Assembly (NCBI GenBank): GCA_951406725.2
Contig: OX597821.1
Span: 18,228,001-18,292,000, forward strand
DNA length: 64,000 nt
Source: Octopus vulgaris
Lineage: Eukaryota
Reading direction: 5' to 3'
Part shown: one piece after another, positions 39,129 to 53,430 of the stretch
Layout: the number at the start of each line of letters is the position of its first letter
Numbering within the stretch: position 1 is the first letter of the stretch
The notes under the pieces: generated by a model
Seen by the model: only the letters and a program-made list of their open reading frames with translations
The model's database searches: none
Told to the model about the DNA's origin: nothing
Program-made: the position numbers and the translations under genes

Positions 39129-39637
39129 AACCAGCAAGCAGCCTGATTCCAATGAGGCTATATTGGCTCACGACAAAAATTATCCTGTTGACATAATGTG
39201 TATGATCAAATGTAGTGATAATTTTTTAAAAAGCATGTCTGAATAATTAGCAAGCTTTGATTGAAAGTAGGAATAACCAATCGACGTGATGCCTTCAGCA
39301 GCAAAAAGTCGTCCAGTAAACCAACAAAGTTGGTTATTATTATTACTAATTTAGCCTTAAAAACTATGGAAAAGTGTATATTGCCACGAAAAAGCCATAG
39401 TCACAGGAGTGGCTGTGTGGTAAGTAGCATGCTTACCAAGTAAATGGGTAAAACAAGTAAACAAGTAAATGGGTAAACGAGTAAAAGAGAATAACCAGGA
39501 CCGCAAATGCTGAACCGCAAACAAGTACGGGTACACTGCATTGGTTTCTGACAGAAGGCTTACAAGGGAGACAACTTCAGATTACTTATATCTCGTAGAG
39601 GAAAGATAAAGTTTACTTCCATGAAAGTTACATATAT

Positions 39638-41016
39638 ATAACATAAGGGACTAAAGCCATCTGAATATGGCTAGGGACAGGGCAGGGTGGTGGGGGTGTT
39701 ACTGTTGCATTTAGCCCCAGGCGAACATCGACGTCACCAGAAAGGCTCGACACCGTCACGGTGTCCTTATCCTGCAAAGGGAGGTAATTCCCCGATGAAG
39801 CGGAAACCACACACGGACCATGGTTTCAAGGTGTATTGCCTATCGTCGGCGTGTGGTAGGCTTCCGCTTCCTCGACGAATTCTCACTCTGCAGGATATTC
39901 ATATATAGATTTTCAAGCAAAATACATTTGCTGATTTCGAAAATCTGTTCGAAAGCAATAATAATTCTCTAAAAGAGATATAGACAGTAACTGCTCGATA
40001 ACATAAGGGACTAAAGCCATCTGAATATGGCTAGGGACAGGGCAGGGTGGTGGGGGTGTTACTGTTGCATTTAGCCCCAGGCGAACATCGACGTCACCAG
40101 AAAGGCTCGACACCGTCATGGTGTCCTTATCCTGCAAAGGGAGGTAATTCCCCGATGAAGCGGAAACCACACACGGACCATGGTTTCAAGGTGTATTGCC
40201 TATCGTCGGCGTGTGGTAGGCTTCCGCTTCCTCGACGAATTCTCACTCTGCAGGATATTCATATATAGATTTTCAAGCAAAATACATTTGCTGAATTCGA
40301 AAATCTGTTCGAAAGCAATAATATGAATAACCTGCAGAGTGAGAATTCGTCGAGGAAGCGGAGGCCTACCACACGTTGACGATAGGCAATACACCTTGAA
40401 ACCATGGTCCGTGTGTGGTTTCCGCTTCATCGGGGAATTACCTCCCTTTTGCAGGATAAGGACACCGTGACGGTGTCGAGCCTTTCTGGTGACGTCGATG
40501 TTCGCCTGGGGCTAAATGCAACAGTAACACCCCCACCACCCTGCCCTGTCCCTAGCCATATTCAGATGGCTTTAGTCCCTTATGTTATCGAGCAGTTACT
40601 GTCTATATCTCTTTTAGAGAATTATTATTGCTTTCGAACAGATTTTCGAAATCAGCAAATGTATTTTGCTTGAAAATCTATATATGAATATCCTGCAGAG
40701 TGAGAATTCGTCGAGGAAGCAGAGGCCTACCACACGTTGACGATAGGCAATACACCTTGAAACCATGGTCCGTGTGTGGTTTCCGCTTCATCGGGGAATT
40801 ACCTCCCTTTGCAGGATAAGGACACCGTGACGGTGTCGAGCCTTTCTGGTGTCGACGGTGTCGAGCCTTTCTGGTGACGTCTATGTTCGCCTGGGGCTAA
40901 ATGCAACAGTAACACCCCCACCACCCTGCCCTGTCCCTAGCCATATTCAGATGGCTTTAGTCCCTTATGTTATCGAGCAGTTACTGTCTATATCTCTTTT
41001 AGAGAATTATTATTGC
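39638..41016. repeat. Palindromic array of a 360-bp unit (two direct copies, then two inverted copies)
   Basis: 39641 and 40001 start identical lines. 40321-41016 is the reverse complement. Confidence 0.93.
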
Positions 41017-43422
41017 TACATATATATAGTATGTTAACTAAACATTGCAAAATATTTTGTCTGGTACTCTACCATCTGTTAATCCACCTGCTTCTACACT
41101 GTAGAAATATTATTAACCAATATAATTTAAATGTCTCTTCAACTCTTTTAGTGCAGAAAGCAGAAACAGCCCCACAAAATTTCATTACCTTTAACTACAG
41201 AAGGCAGTTTTATATGTCAATTTGTCTTTTGTTGAGGAATGAAATGTTTAAGACTATTTTCGTGTTGAGAAAATATCAATTCTATTTTTTGTTAGGTATT
41301 TAGCATGTTATTGGAATAACCGTGAATATAATATAATAATAATAATGAAATTATTGTATACAGTGCTCAGGTGCACCACAACTTGTCAAAAGTGCATATA
41401 AAGCATATGCAGTAATGTACAAATGTCTGGAAAGTGAACAGTGTATGAGTCAGATACATGCTTGCATGTATATGGAGGGGAGAAAATCAGGTGTTGTGTT
41501 GGCGAATCTCAGGAAGCATGGAAGTTTTGAAGGATGCAGTGCTCCGACAATTAACAACTGATGCCAGCAGTCTGTTCCATGCTTCAGCAACTCTTAGCGT
41601 GAAAAAATGTTTTCGAAAGTCATGGGAGCTGTGCTGTTTTCTGACTTTGTAAACATGTCCATGGGTGTTAGACAGGTGGAGTTTCAAAAAGTGCTCAGAG
41701 TTATTGTTTGTAAAATGGTTAATAATCTTATGGGTCAGCTGCCAGACGTCGGAGTTTCAATGTATCCATGCCCAGGGAAGTAAGTCGTTCAGAATATGGC
41801 AAATGCTTAGTGGTATTACATCGACCCAAGTGTTCAATTGGTACTTATTTTATCAACCCTGAAAGGATGAAAGGCAAAGATGACCAAGGAAGAATTTGAA
41901 CTCAGAACATGTAAAGGACAGGCAAAATACCACTAAGCATTTTGTGTGGTGGGCAAACAATTCTGCCAGCTCACTGTCTTTTGTGATATTATAATGAAAC
42001 AAAATGTCTAATACCTCAGGCAAAGAACTTTCTATTTTTGTATTCATTTTCCATTTTTAATTTTACTATCAAATCCTTTGTTTCACACCAAATTCAGTTT
42101 TATTCCATCTTCTTTATATTCCCATATTTTATTGAAATTAAGAAACATTTAAAGCCAGAATCATTTTGTAAGAAAAGTTCAATTTTTATTAGCATTGAAA
42201 ATTAAGTGATTGGATTCCTTGCAAATAAATTCAAAAAGAAAAAAAATCAGTTCAGTGTTAATGTAGTCATTATATTATTTGCAAAATATTGCCACTGAAA
42301 ATGAGGCGTTTGGAATAATGGCAAATAAAACCTAGAAACGAGAGATTTTTATGCCAGAATATGAAAACATTGCAAGAGTCTGAGATCAACTGATTCAAAG
42401 AATTTATCCCAAATATTACAGGATATATCTAGTATTTATAGAAATCTTTCTCTGTAACAACTCCAAATCATAATAAGGATTAAAAATAAAAATAAACCCT
42501 ACTCAAGCCACTGTAAATAACAAGGGAACAGGTTCTCTCTGTGGAAGCTGTAACCACAAAACTATTTCAGAGCAAGCTTTAATGTGTGTGTGTGTGTGTG
42601 TTCATATACTGAAGAACTATATTAATAGTTTAAAGTTCTTTTGGGACAAAATTCCAATATCAACACTTTTGTGACCAGATTTTTATGAAATACACTCCCT
42701 GTATGTTTCAATTTAGAAAATAATTAAGAGACTGGAGATTAAGAGAACTAACAAATTTTCAATGCTAAACTAGAATATGGAACACAACCTAACAGACTTA
42801 GAACAGATGACACTGTTGTAATCAGATTTCCGTAGAAATACATCCAATCCTTATGTGTTTTAACTAATTTGGTAAAATAATCAAGAATTTGGAAAGATTT
42901 AGTAAACTGAGGCTACTTAACTGAGGCTAATTAACTCATCAGCATCTGACAGATTCTAGCATGAAAATTGAAAAATCATAAATTAAAATTCTTAAATTTA
43001 AGTAAGCTAGCCTAAGAATTCAATCGTGCAGATTAAAACAACACTTTTGATTCCAATGAGACACAAATAAGTTAATACCTGTGGAAAGTGAACCTGTAAG
43101 AAAATTTCTGAAATGAGTTAGTGTGATAATTTACACTTCTCAATATTTTAACCATCTGAACATGAGTGGTTGGTTTAAGATCACTAATGGTCTGTGGCTG
43201 AAACTTCAGAGACAATATGTTTATAAACTTATGACCAAGCAACAGAACAGCCAACCACAAAATCTCAGTGTTTCTAGAGTAAAGTATTATCTTTGTAAAA
43301 TCATCACAGAAGGGGTTAGTTGTGGTCTAGAAACATCTAAGTTTGTTATGTTAAAATATTTCTTTATTGAATGCAAGGAGAAAATATGCATTGCATCAAC
43401 TTACCACAGAGTTAACAATGAA

Positions 43423-43462
<40 letters not shown>

Positions 43463-44122
43463 CACACACACACATACAGTATGAGGTCAGGATATCTAAG
43501 TTAAACTAGTACTATATGTATATTTATAAGGCAAGATTAACTATTATATATAGTTGGCTAAGAAACCATATGTCAGAAAAGTACACACTCATTACATTTG
43601 TCAATAGTGGGTATATTAATCAAAGTATACAATAAGATTGGCTAAAATAAATCTATGCTACTGTATACTTTGAGATATATAATGCTAAGAGCAGGTTAAC
43701 TAGACAGTATACCGACTAGCACTATATCTAACTCTATACTCTAGGCATAGTTACTTAGTATAATAGGAAGTGAATATATAAAAGAAACTATCACGTTTCC
43801 TCTATTTGTAAGTCGCAATGACTACATTTGTTGGTTATATGATGAAAATCTGTGTGTATACATGCGTGTGTATAAAGCTTGTAAGCAATAAATCTGAAAA
43901 TAATTTCAAAGTCTGTTGCACCTCCCTACAATAATGGCGAGATACTAGACTAACAAGTATGTGAAGTATATACACACATAATGTGTATCTATACACACAC
44001 ATACACACGCATATATATATATTAACAATGCAATATATATTTGTATGAGAGACAGATACATATATATATAAGTATAAATATACATGTGTATAAATGTGTG
44101 TGTGTATGTGTATATATATAAA

Positions 44123-44357
<235 letters not shown>

Positions 44358-44381
44358 CACACATATATATACACATATATT

Positions 44382-44417
<36 letters not shown>

Positions 44418-45401
44418 TTCTGTCAAATGATAGACAGACACCAACGTACTCTGCTATGTTATACACTAGAGAGAAACTATTAAAATCTAGCATTGCTCCA
44501 CTTAAACAGAGTTGAGTTGGATTTAGCAGGGATTAGTGCAGAGTTTGGAGTGCAGCTCTAGTCCAAAGCAGAGTTTGCAGCCCAGGTCTAGTGTTTGTGT
44601 GTCACAGTTGTTTTCAGTGCAATTTTGCTGTACACCTACGTTTCAGGGAAGTGTACAAAAAGTGTGCAGCCATTGATTTGGAATGTCTTCTTGTACAGCA
44701 ATATTGACAGTAATATTATTCTAGTATCTACCAAATATTTTCGGGCTCACTGTTCTAGTGTATGATACAGGTGCAACACCAACTTTCTGGACACTAATGG
44801 TCCTGAATCTCTTATAATCCACACTATTTTGCAAGCAAGAACTTCAAATTCCCATGCACACAGGCCAGCTTACTGGGTGAGCGTTTCAAAATACCTTGCA
44901 TAGTACATTTCTAACAAACTTGTATCATTTGTACTAATGTACAAAGTACCTGTATTTCATTTAATTATTTTAATAAATTTAATATTTGTCTAATTTAGTG
45001 GAACCCACCCCTGGTTCGGAAAAATATCAGTAACCCAGAAAGGACTTGGAACCAATTGATGTTGCACCTGTAATGTTATTTGAAATGCACATTTCGTGGA
45101 TACCAATGTGGTTAGAAGTGGCCCCATTTATGTATGGCAAAACTTACTGAAAGCAAAAGTGGTATTTTATTGCAAGACACTGTTATTGAAAGTGCACCTC
45201 TAGTGTATGGCAGACTATTTTGTAGTGTTGCTCTAGTTTATGGCAATGTTATTAAGAGCACAGCAGCAGCAATAGCAAAAGTGTACACAGGGTGTTGCAA
45301 TATGAGTCCATTGGTTGAGAGATCATTATCAGAAGCTGTGGTAAAACAGTGGTACTGGTAGAGATGGTAGCAGTGTTATGATATTGTCCCATTGCACTAC
45401 A

Positions 45402-45572
45402 TTAGATTAACTGTCCAAGAAAGTCGGCGCCACTGTATCGCTCCTTCAGCTGTGGCCACTGCACCAGGAGGTGGTCAATGAAAGGATAGAGCAGTTGCGC
45501 TGACAGGGACAAAGTTTTGACACGGCAGACACTTTCCACATACACTATGGTAACATCCATCAGGAAGAGATA
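45402..45572 (-). CDS. ALG14: ALG14 terminal coding exon (YLFLMDVTIVYVESVCRVKTLSLSAQLLYPFIDHLLVQWPQLKERYSGADFLGQLI*), proximal copy
   Basis: Carries the ALG14 C-terminal signature IVYVESxCRVxTLSxS...VQWPxLKExY. tctctcttcAG acceptor, TAA stop. Confidence 0.93.
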   Translation of the reverse strand, partial: YLFLMDVTIVYVESVCRVKTLSLSAQLLYPFIDHLLVQWPQLKERYSGADFLGQLI

Positions 45573-46728
45573 CTGAAGAGAGAAAGAGAAAAACTTACAT
45601 TTTATAACATTAACAATATAGACAGGCAATCTGTTGTTGTTTGAGAACACATCTTGTGTATGGTCATAGTTTAGGAATGTGCTAGGGGAATACTGTTTAA
45701 GAGTATAAAAATCTTGCAATGGTGTGCTATTTTAGTAGAAAATAATGTTTTTGTTCAGCTCTAGGACAATTTTGGTGATCAAAGGCTTTCTACCTGTTGA
45801 CTTTAAGTACATTATGCAATGTACCTTTTCTTTATTTAAGATAATGGATGTGATTAAAAGGAGATTTAGCAGCTGTTTCAAGCAGGTCAATAAACCTCAT
45901 AAATACTTTCTCATTATGTGTGGCATTTGTAGTGTTTAATTATGTTCTTAAAAGTACCCTTCTAGTGTATAGTAATTGTGTTAGGCAGTGCTGTTCTGGA
46001 ATGTTAAAATTCGAACACTACAACACCATCTTATCCCACTAAGATATTTCTCCCACCTGATCCAGACAAACATAAAGCACCACTAAAAAATAGCTACAAT
46101 ATTAGTACCCCCCATTAGAGCCAAGCACCATGTAAGGATGCACATGCCATCAGTAAAAAGTGTAGAGAAACAACAAGAATCATATGAACAAATCCTCTTT
46201 GTCTAAAACTCACTTACAAGGGCACAAAAGGCTTACCACACTCACCTACAGGCGTACAAAAGGTACAACCATACCTACAAGCATACAAAATGAGTCACCA
46301 AAGAAAGCCTCTGCTAGATATAGCAATCAAATCTTTCTCAAATCAGACACTGCTATTTTGAACAAAAAACAAATAGGGGAACACAATCATGTAGCTTTCA
46401 TATGTTGTCTGCAAAAAACGAAAATAAGAAAAAGATAGGATGGTCATGCCTGGATTGCCTTTGTGTGAAGATTCACTGGATCAATGTCTCTCAGAACATT
46501 AGTTGTACTAAGACCGGGAACAATTACATATTTAAACTGTCCCATGCTACACAATATGATAAAGTACTGCCTGTTTAATATAGGTCTCTATGAGGCAAAG
46601 ATAGGATATAGTTTGAACTATGGATTTATAACTCATAGCTAATTATTTACTTAACTAATTACTGACTCAGGACTGACGATACACAACAACATCACACATC
46701 AATTTAGTCTTACATAACTGAAACCCAC

Positions 46729-46788
46729 CTTGAGTATAAGTCCAACAAATGCAATAGGTACACAGATTCCGGGGCCATTACACAGGAT
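46729..46788 (-). CDS. ALG14: ALG14 penultimate coding exon (60 nt, ILCNGPGICVPIAFVGLILK), proximal copy
   Basis: Translated by hand because it is too short for the ORF track. Matches the ALG14 LCNGPGTCVPI motif; cttctcttccAG acceptor, GTGGGT donor, in frame with both neighbouring exons. Confidence 0.92.
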
Positions 46789-49700
46789 CTGGAAGAGAAG
46801 TGATATAAAACAATTAAGTAGAAAACTGCTTAAATGAATATAGCAGTTGATTATTATATCAAAGACTTTTGAGTTCTAATTCAAAGCAAGTCATCATCAT
46901 CATCGATGTCATTATCATTTTACGTCTGTTTTCCATGCTGTCATAGGTTGGACAGCTTGACAGGAGATGGCCAGCCAGAGAGGTGTTCAGGCTCCAATTG
47001 TCTGTTTTAGCATGGTTTCAAATGCTTTGTGTATTTTAGCAGTTCATTTAACTTTTTTGATACCAACTCATCCCAGGCTGGACTTGGTTCCATGACATAA
47101 ATTTCCTATTTTAAAAAATTATCTAAACTAGGCAATGACCAGCGACCAAGACCTTTGGAAATATGCTGTGCATGAGAAGACCAGGCAGGACAAGTGAGTC
47201 CAGCCCACTTATGCATGTCTTTCCTCCCTTGGACACACAAAGACCTGTTGAGGCAAGCGAAGTTGAAATCAAACCTCATCCGACGACAGGCACCCATGCG
47301 AAGACCTGTTGGGGGCAAGTGAAATCGAAATCGGAATCAAAATTGAACCAATCCTATGACTGGCACCCGGCAGTTGCCAGGACCCTTGGACTGGTGGTAC
47401 GTAAAAAGCGCTATCCGAATCGTGGCCGATGCCAGCATCGCCTCGACTGGCTTCCGTGTCAGTGGCACATAAAAAGCACCATCCGAATCGTGGCCGATGC
47501 CAGCGTCGCCTCGACTGGCTTCCATGCCGGTGGCACGTAAAATGCACCAATCCGACCGTGGCCGTTGCCAGCCTCGCCTGGCACCTGTGCTGGTGGCACA
47601 TAAAAAGCACCCACTATTCTCACGGAGTGGTTGGCGTTAGGAAGGGCATCCAGCTGTAGAAACACTGCCAGATCAGACTGAAGCCTGGTGCAGCCTTCTG
47701 GCTTCCCAGATCCCCGGTCGAACCATCCAACCCATGCTAGCATGGAGAACGGACGTTAAACGATAATGATGATGATGATGATGAAACCATCAAAAGTCTA
47801 TGTTATTCTATGCTCTAAACATGAGCCTAATAACGACAAAATTATTTTTTATTAAAAAAATTCTTATTTTCAAAATTTACTAAAACAAAAACAATGTATT
47901 CCAAGAGAAAATATGGTAACAAAAAAAGTGAATTCTACATTGCCTCAGTTGACTTTACATAGGTAAATAAGTATTATACCATCTTGCAATGTTACTTACT
48001 ATCTAGGAAGAAAGTCCCCCCCACCAAAATATGTTTAACTAGAGGTGAAACATTAGTTCTGAAAATGTCTTAAGCATTTTAGGAATGTTGTGAACCAGTT
48101 TACAAATATGTAATTACACTTTTGTCATATTAGAGGTTTAGGTCTAGGAATGTTAAAAGAGTGTTAAATCAACAGAGCCTGGTTTATAATGAGGACTAGC
48201 AGCATAGCCTGGCGTTGCCCGGGTATGTAAGAGTTCCTAATAGATAACGACTAATCCCAATCTAGTCCTTTCCCTCTAGGGAACGAAGGCGCATGTGTAG
48301 GTTGCAATGTCTTCTCTTCACTCGAATACTTCTGTGTATACGATGTTCCTAGCTGTCCCTAGCTGTCGAGTTGTGTCCCCTAGACAGAAAATGTGTTGCA
48401 TATAAAAAGCTTAGATTCTCGACCCCATGTCGAATTTATCGATTTTTTTCAGAACTGGGGGAACTTTTCAAAATTTTCGCTGCATTAGTTTTGAATTATG
48501 ACATTGGGCTATGTGTGTGTCAAGTTTCATCAGAATCGGTTGAAAGCCGTGGTCAGGGTGAGGGTACAACCTGACAGACAAACTGCCGTTTATATAGAGA
48601 GAGATAATAAGGACAAATGTTACAAAGACCTACGATAGATACTACAATAACATACAAATGTACTTCATGAAGGTGTCAACCCAGTTTCCAAATTGGTTCA
48701 AATCACTGTTATTGTTTAGCCCCAAGTCAGCACAGATCCACAAGAGGCCTATCAAAGACATTCCAGCTATGACCATTTTGTTCTATTTTCAGATATGGTA
48801 TACCAAAGCAAGCAGATCTGTTATCAAAGATGTTCCAGCTGTGATCACCTCATCATATATCCAATTAGTGTATCTTGGATTATATAGTCCTTTGTCGTTG
48901 TTGCTAAGTTCCAGGTCAGTGCCTGTCCAGCAGATCTATTATCAAAGATGTCCCAGCCATAACCATCCCAGAGCTTTTAAACTACAGTTTATCTAGGGCT
49001 ACGTTATTCAATAAAGTGATTTTCAACTGGGGTCCATATAAGACAATATTATTAAAATTTATCAGCAATAGGCACAGGAGTGGCTGTGTGGTAAGTAGCT
49101 TGCTTACCAACCACATGGTTCCAGGTTCAGTCCCACTGCGTGGCACCTTGGGCAAGTTTCTTCTACTATAGCCTCGGGCGGACCAAAGCCTTGTGAGTGG
49201 ATTTGGTAGATGGAAACTGAAAGAAGCCCGTCGTATATATGTATATATATATATGTGCGTGTGTGTTTGTGTGTCTGTGTTTGTCCCCCTAGCATTGCTT
49301 GACAACCGATGCTGGTGTGTTTATATCCCCGTCACTTAGCGGTTCGGCAAAAGAGACTGATATAATAAGTACTGGGCTTACAAAGAATAAGTCTCGGGGT
49401 CAAGTTGCTCGATTAAAGGCATGGCCTATAATTTCTGCAATTCACAAAATATATTAACAATATTTTTTTTCTACAAACCCTAATGATATTTAATTATTTA
49501 AAAAATGATGTGATTTTTAAACACTGGTGCAGCCTTCTGGCCTCCCAGACCCCAGTTGAACTGTCCAACCCATGCTAGCATGGAAAGCGGATGCTAAATG
49601 ATGATGATGATGAATAGCTAGGAGTAGCCATCCGAGTGAAAGGGGTTCATATGTTATAAATGGTTGAAAAACACTGATCCAACAGGTCCTTTTTCTAAAA

Positions 49701-50651
49701 CAGCAGTGTGCGATTTGAGGAAGATTTTGTTGATATTTCTAGCAAGCTAAGCAACCAAATTGAGGCTGCTACATTGACTCAAAATTACCTGATTTATGTT
49801 AATGCGGATCTTTTCTGTTTGGTTGCCAGTGGCTGCCAGTGTCAATTGTCTGTTTGAATTAAATTTCATATTCAGTGTAATGATATACTTTTATAGGCTA
49901 ATTAATGATGGGAAATTAATTTTCGCTATAAATCGACAAATAAAGAGTTATTAGTAATTAAAGTTTGAAAATTTTGGTAATTTTAGCCAAACGTAAGCCA
50001 CAGATGCATTCATGGCTGTTTCGATAAACATGAGAACTCTTTTGTCTCTCAACATGCCTGTTGCCATAGTAACAAGCAAATCTGAAATACTCTTTGAAAA
50101 GTTTTTTATCTGTGAGGAAGCACATGATGACAAATTTGATGCTGTGTTCTGGGTGATTGTAGCAGCAAGCTCCAGTAACTTTGCTTCTATTATGGAAAGC
50201 ATTGAAAACAAAGGAGGATATTTTAAAAATTAAAACCGAAAGTTAAATGTATTTTTACACATATTTGAATTGTATTTAAACCAGGTGGTTGTGAGGTGTG
50301 CTAAAAATAATAGCTAAATAAGATTTCTTTTGATAAATCTTTTAAATTGAAGTTTATTTACCAACATCTCGCTCAGAGATTTAAAACTAAATTTTTTTCT
50401 CTCTTAAATTAACTTTTATCTACATAAAAGAAAATTACTCTTTCTCTTTTACTCTTTTTACTTGTTTCAGACATTTGACTACGGCCATGCTGGAGCACCG
50501 CCTTTGGTCAAGCAAATCGACCCCGGGACTTATTCTTTGTAAGCCCAGTACTTATTCTATCGGTCTCTTTTGCCGAACCGCTAATTAATGGGGACATAAA
50601 CACACCACCATCGGTTGTCAAGCAATGCTAGGGGGACAAACACATACACGC

Positions 50652-50686
<35 letters not shown>

Positions 50687-51305
50687 CGACAGGCTTCTTT
50701 CAGTTTCCGTCTACCAAATCCACTCACAAGGCTTTGGTCGGCCCGAGGCTATAGCAGAAGACACTTGCCCAAGATGCCCCGCAGTGGGACTGAACCCGGA
50801 ATCATGTGGTTGGTTAGCAAGCTACTTACCACACAGCCACTCCTGCGCCTGGAGAACTTTCATCTAATTCTTCTAAACCTTTCTGTTAAAAATTGTAATG
50901 TGTTTATCGCATGTAACGTGTTGCTCATTGCATTTGCATTAAACACTGGTGGTTGTAAGGTATGCTAAAAATGACAACTAAATAAGATTTATTTGCATGA
51001 AAGAAAATTACTGAAGGCATAACACATGTTGTTTACAAATATTGACAACACGTGCTATTTCCAGGATGTTGACGACAAAATGTGCAGTTAGGCACAAAAT
51101 GACAGCTTCCAAATCTTACTTCCTGACTCGGTGAAAAGGACCAAACTTTAAACCTCTATAACTTTTTTAAAAACATTTTTATGGGGAAAAAAAATGAAAT
51201 AACTCCAGCAATTCAGTTTGGGCAAGTGTATTGTTGTACCAAATTTTATAATTTTCGGTAGACTATAATTTTTGGAGCCGCTGGGAATCAAACAGAAAAG
51301 ATCCG

Positions 51306-51951
51306 GGATCTTTTCAGTTTGAACGGCAGTTTTTTCTAGCTGTGTCATATGAAATTGTCACCTATGATTATGACCCTAGTATCGATCTATTGCATTTCAA
51401 TAGACGTCATTGATTGGTTGAAATTGCAGAAATTGAAGAAAAAAAACAACAAATATCTTACAAACTATAGAATTTTCTCAATAAAGCCAAGAGAAAAAGA
51501 TGTTTTATGAACACATTCTACCAGTATACGAAGTTTAAAATTTTTTAGTTACCTAGAAATTATGTTAAAAACTGCCGTTCAAACCAAAAAGATCCATTTT
51601 TTACACAAAGTAAATACTTTTTCTAAACAAAGTTAGGGTTAGGGGTGGGGGGAAGGGTATCTTTTTTTTCTTCACAAATGTAAATAAACCCAATCTGTTT
51701 CTTAAACGAAGGACATATTCATACGGCACAGAATGTTGTTTTTTTTACCTCAATAGACGTCATTGATTGGTTGAAATTGCAGAAATTGAAGAAAAAAACA
51801 ACAACAAATATCTTACAAACTACAGAATTTTCTCAATAAAGCTAAGAGAAAAAGATGGTTTATCAACACATTCTACCAGTATACGAAGTTTAAAATTTTT
51901 CAGTTACCTAGAAATTATTTTTAAAAACTGCTGTTCAAACTGAAAAGATCT
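51306..51951. mobile_element. GGATC-terminal MITE (internally duplicated), 8-bp TSD AAGATCCG
   Basis: TIR GGATCTTTTCAGTTTGAACGGCAGTTTTT. TSD at 51298-51305 and 51952-51959. Confidence 0.8.
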
Positions 51952-52578
51952 AAGATCCGTTAATACAAATACTGAAAGTGACAGTGTACTGACCCCCACT
52001 GACCACTGATAATGGTTTTAGACAACAATTTTGATAAAATGAAGATAAGTACAAGGGAGATAATAGTTGAGCAAAAAGTTCTTAAATTACCTCCCTTGCT
52101 ACACACTGTGAAATTACTGTCGGTTGCCGTTTAGTTAAATGAACTAAATAAAATCAGTAATTAGTTAGTACATTTACTTACCAATTATGGTACTGCTAAT
52201 TATTTTACCGACTCCAAATGAATAAGAATAAAACCAATAGGGTCAGGATTTAAATTAACAACCTAAAGAGACACGAAGGCCGGAAATATGTAAAAGGAAG
52301 GCACACAGTCCGTTGAATTAAATTCAACGCATGCCTCTTACCTATTTTATTGCCCTAGAAACAGTGCCGTCTTAAAACATGGCCACACTGAACAGTTTCC
52401 CTGGGACCACACGAATTAGAGGTTCATATTTTAGCTGTGGATTACTATCGAAAACATAAATACCGTATTTGATGAGATATAAGACACATGTGTTTCAAAG
52501 AAATATCTCTTCAAAAATCACCATTTGGTCCTATATCCGAAGTTCAGCCTATATTACACGCTTTAATGTATTAAAAGT

Positions 52579-53226
52579 GGTACTACTTAAGAAGAGTGGT
52601 CCCGGTGCGCGTAGACGCGCATCCGCGCTAGCTAGTCGATCCTACAGCGACTACCTAGCAAAGTAAATAAAACACAAATATTTTTTAGGATCTTTTCGGT
52701 TTGAGCAGCAGTTTTTCTAGCGGTGTCATATGAAATTGTCACCCATAATTATAACCCTAGTATCGATCTACTGCATTTCTATCTGTTTTAGGGTCAGGGG
52801 TGGGGGGAAGGGTATCTTTTTTTTTCACAAATGTAAATAAACCCAATCTGTTTCTTAAACGAGGGACATATTCATACGGCACAGAATGCTTTCACCTCAA
52901 TAGACGTCATTGATTGGTTGAAATTGCAGAAATTGAAGAAAAAAACAACAAATATCTTACAAACTACAGAATTTTCTCAATAAAGCCAAGAGAAAAAGAT
53001 GTTTTATAAACACATTCTACCAGTATACGAAGTTTAAAATTTTTTAGTTACCTAGAAATTATGTTAAAAACTGCCGTTCAAACCAAAAAGATCCATTTTT
53101 TTACACAAAGTAAATACCTTTTCTAAACAAAGTAAATAAAATACAAAACACAAAGTAAGGATCAACTAGCACAGATGCGCGACTACGCGAGTGCGCGCAC
53201 CGGGACCGCTCTTCTTAAGTAGTACC
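52579..53226. mobile_element. GGTAC-terminal MITE containing a nested GGATC-MITE (52688-53094)
   Basis: TIR GGTACTACTTAAGAAGAGYGGTCCCGGTGCGCG at both ends. The nested element is flanked by an ATTTTTT(T)A direct repeat. Confidence 0.8.
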
Positions 53227-53294
53227 CTAAAAGCTTTATTTTCCTGAATATGCACGACTGAAATTGGCATACATCTACTATGTGCATTTTTTCA

Positions 53295-53430
53295 TGCGAT
53301 GGTTCAGTGGTTAGAGCGTCGGGTTCACAATCATGAGGTAGTGAGTTCGATTCCCGGACCGGGCGGCGTTGTGTTCTTGAACAACACACTTTATTTCATG
53401 TTGCTTCAGTTCACTCAGCTGTAGACATGA
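53295..53430 (+). mobile_element. tRNA-derived SINE head (family 3)
   Basis: A-box TGGTTCAGTGG and B-box GAGTTCGATTC, followed by a GTGTTCTTGAACAACACACTTTA SINE body. Confidence 0.6.

Noticed and set aside
39628-41037. Repeated ORFs (MVSASSGN.., MVGVLLLH..), and CCGATGAAGCGGAAAC as a hammerhead
   Set aside because: The ORFs simply follow the repeat unit and have no recognisable domain. The motif lacks stem II and a cleavage triplet.
45166-45171. AATAAA on the minus strand ~230 nt after the ALG14 stop (paralog 14753-14758)
   Set aside because: A plausible polyadenylation signal, but such hexamers are too frequent in AT-rich DNA to call without transcript data.
53295-53370. Possible tRNA gene
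   Set aside because: It has A and B boxes but no convincing acceptor stem, and it runs into a SINE body, so it is treated as a SINE head.
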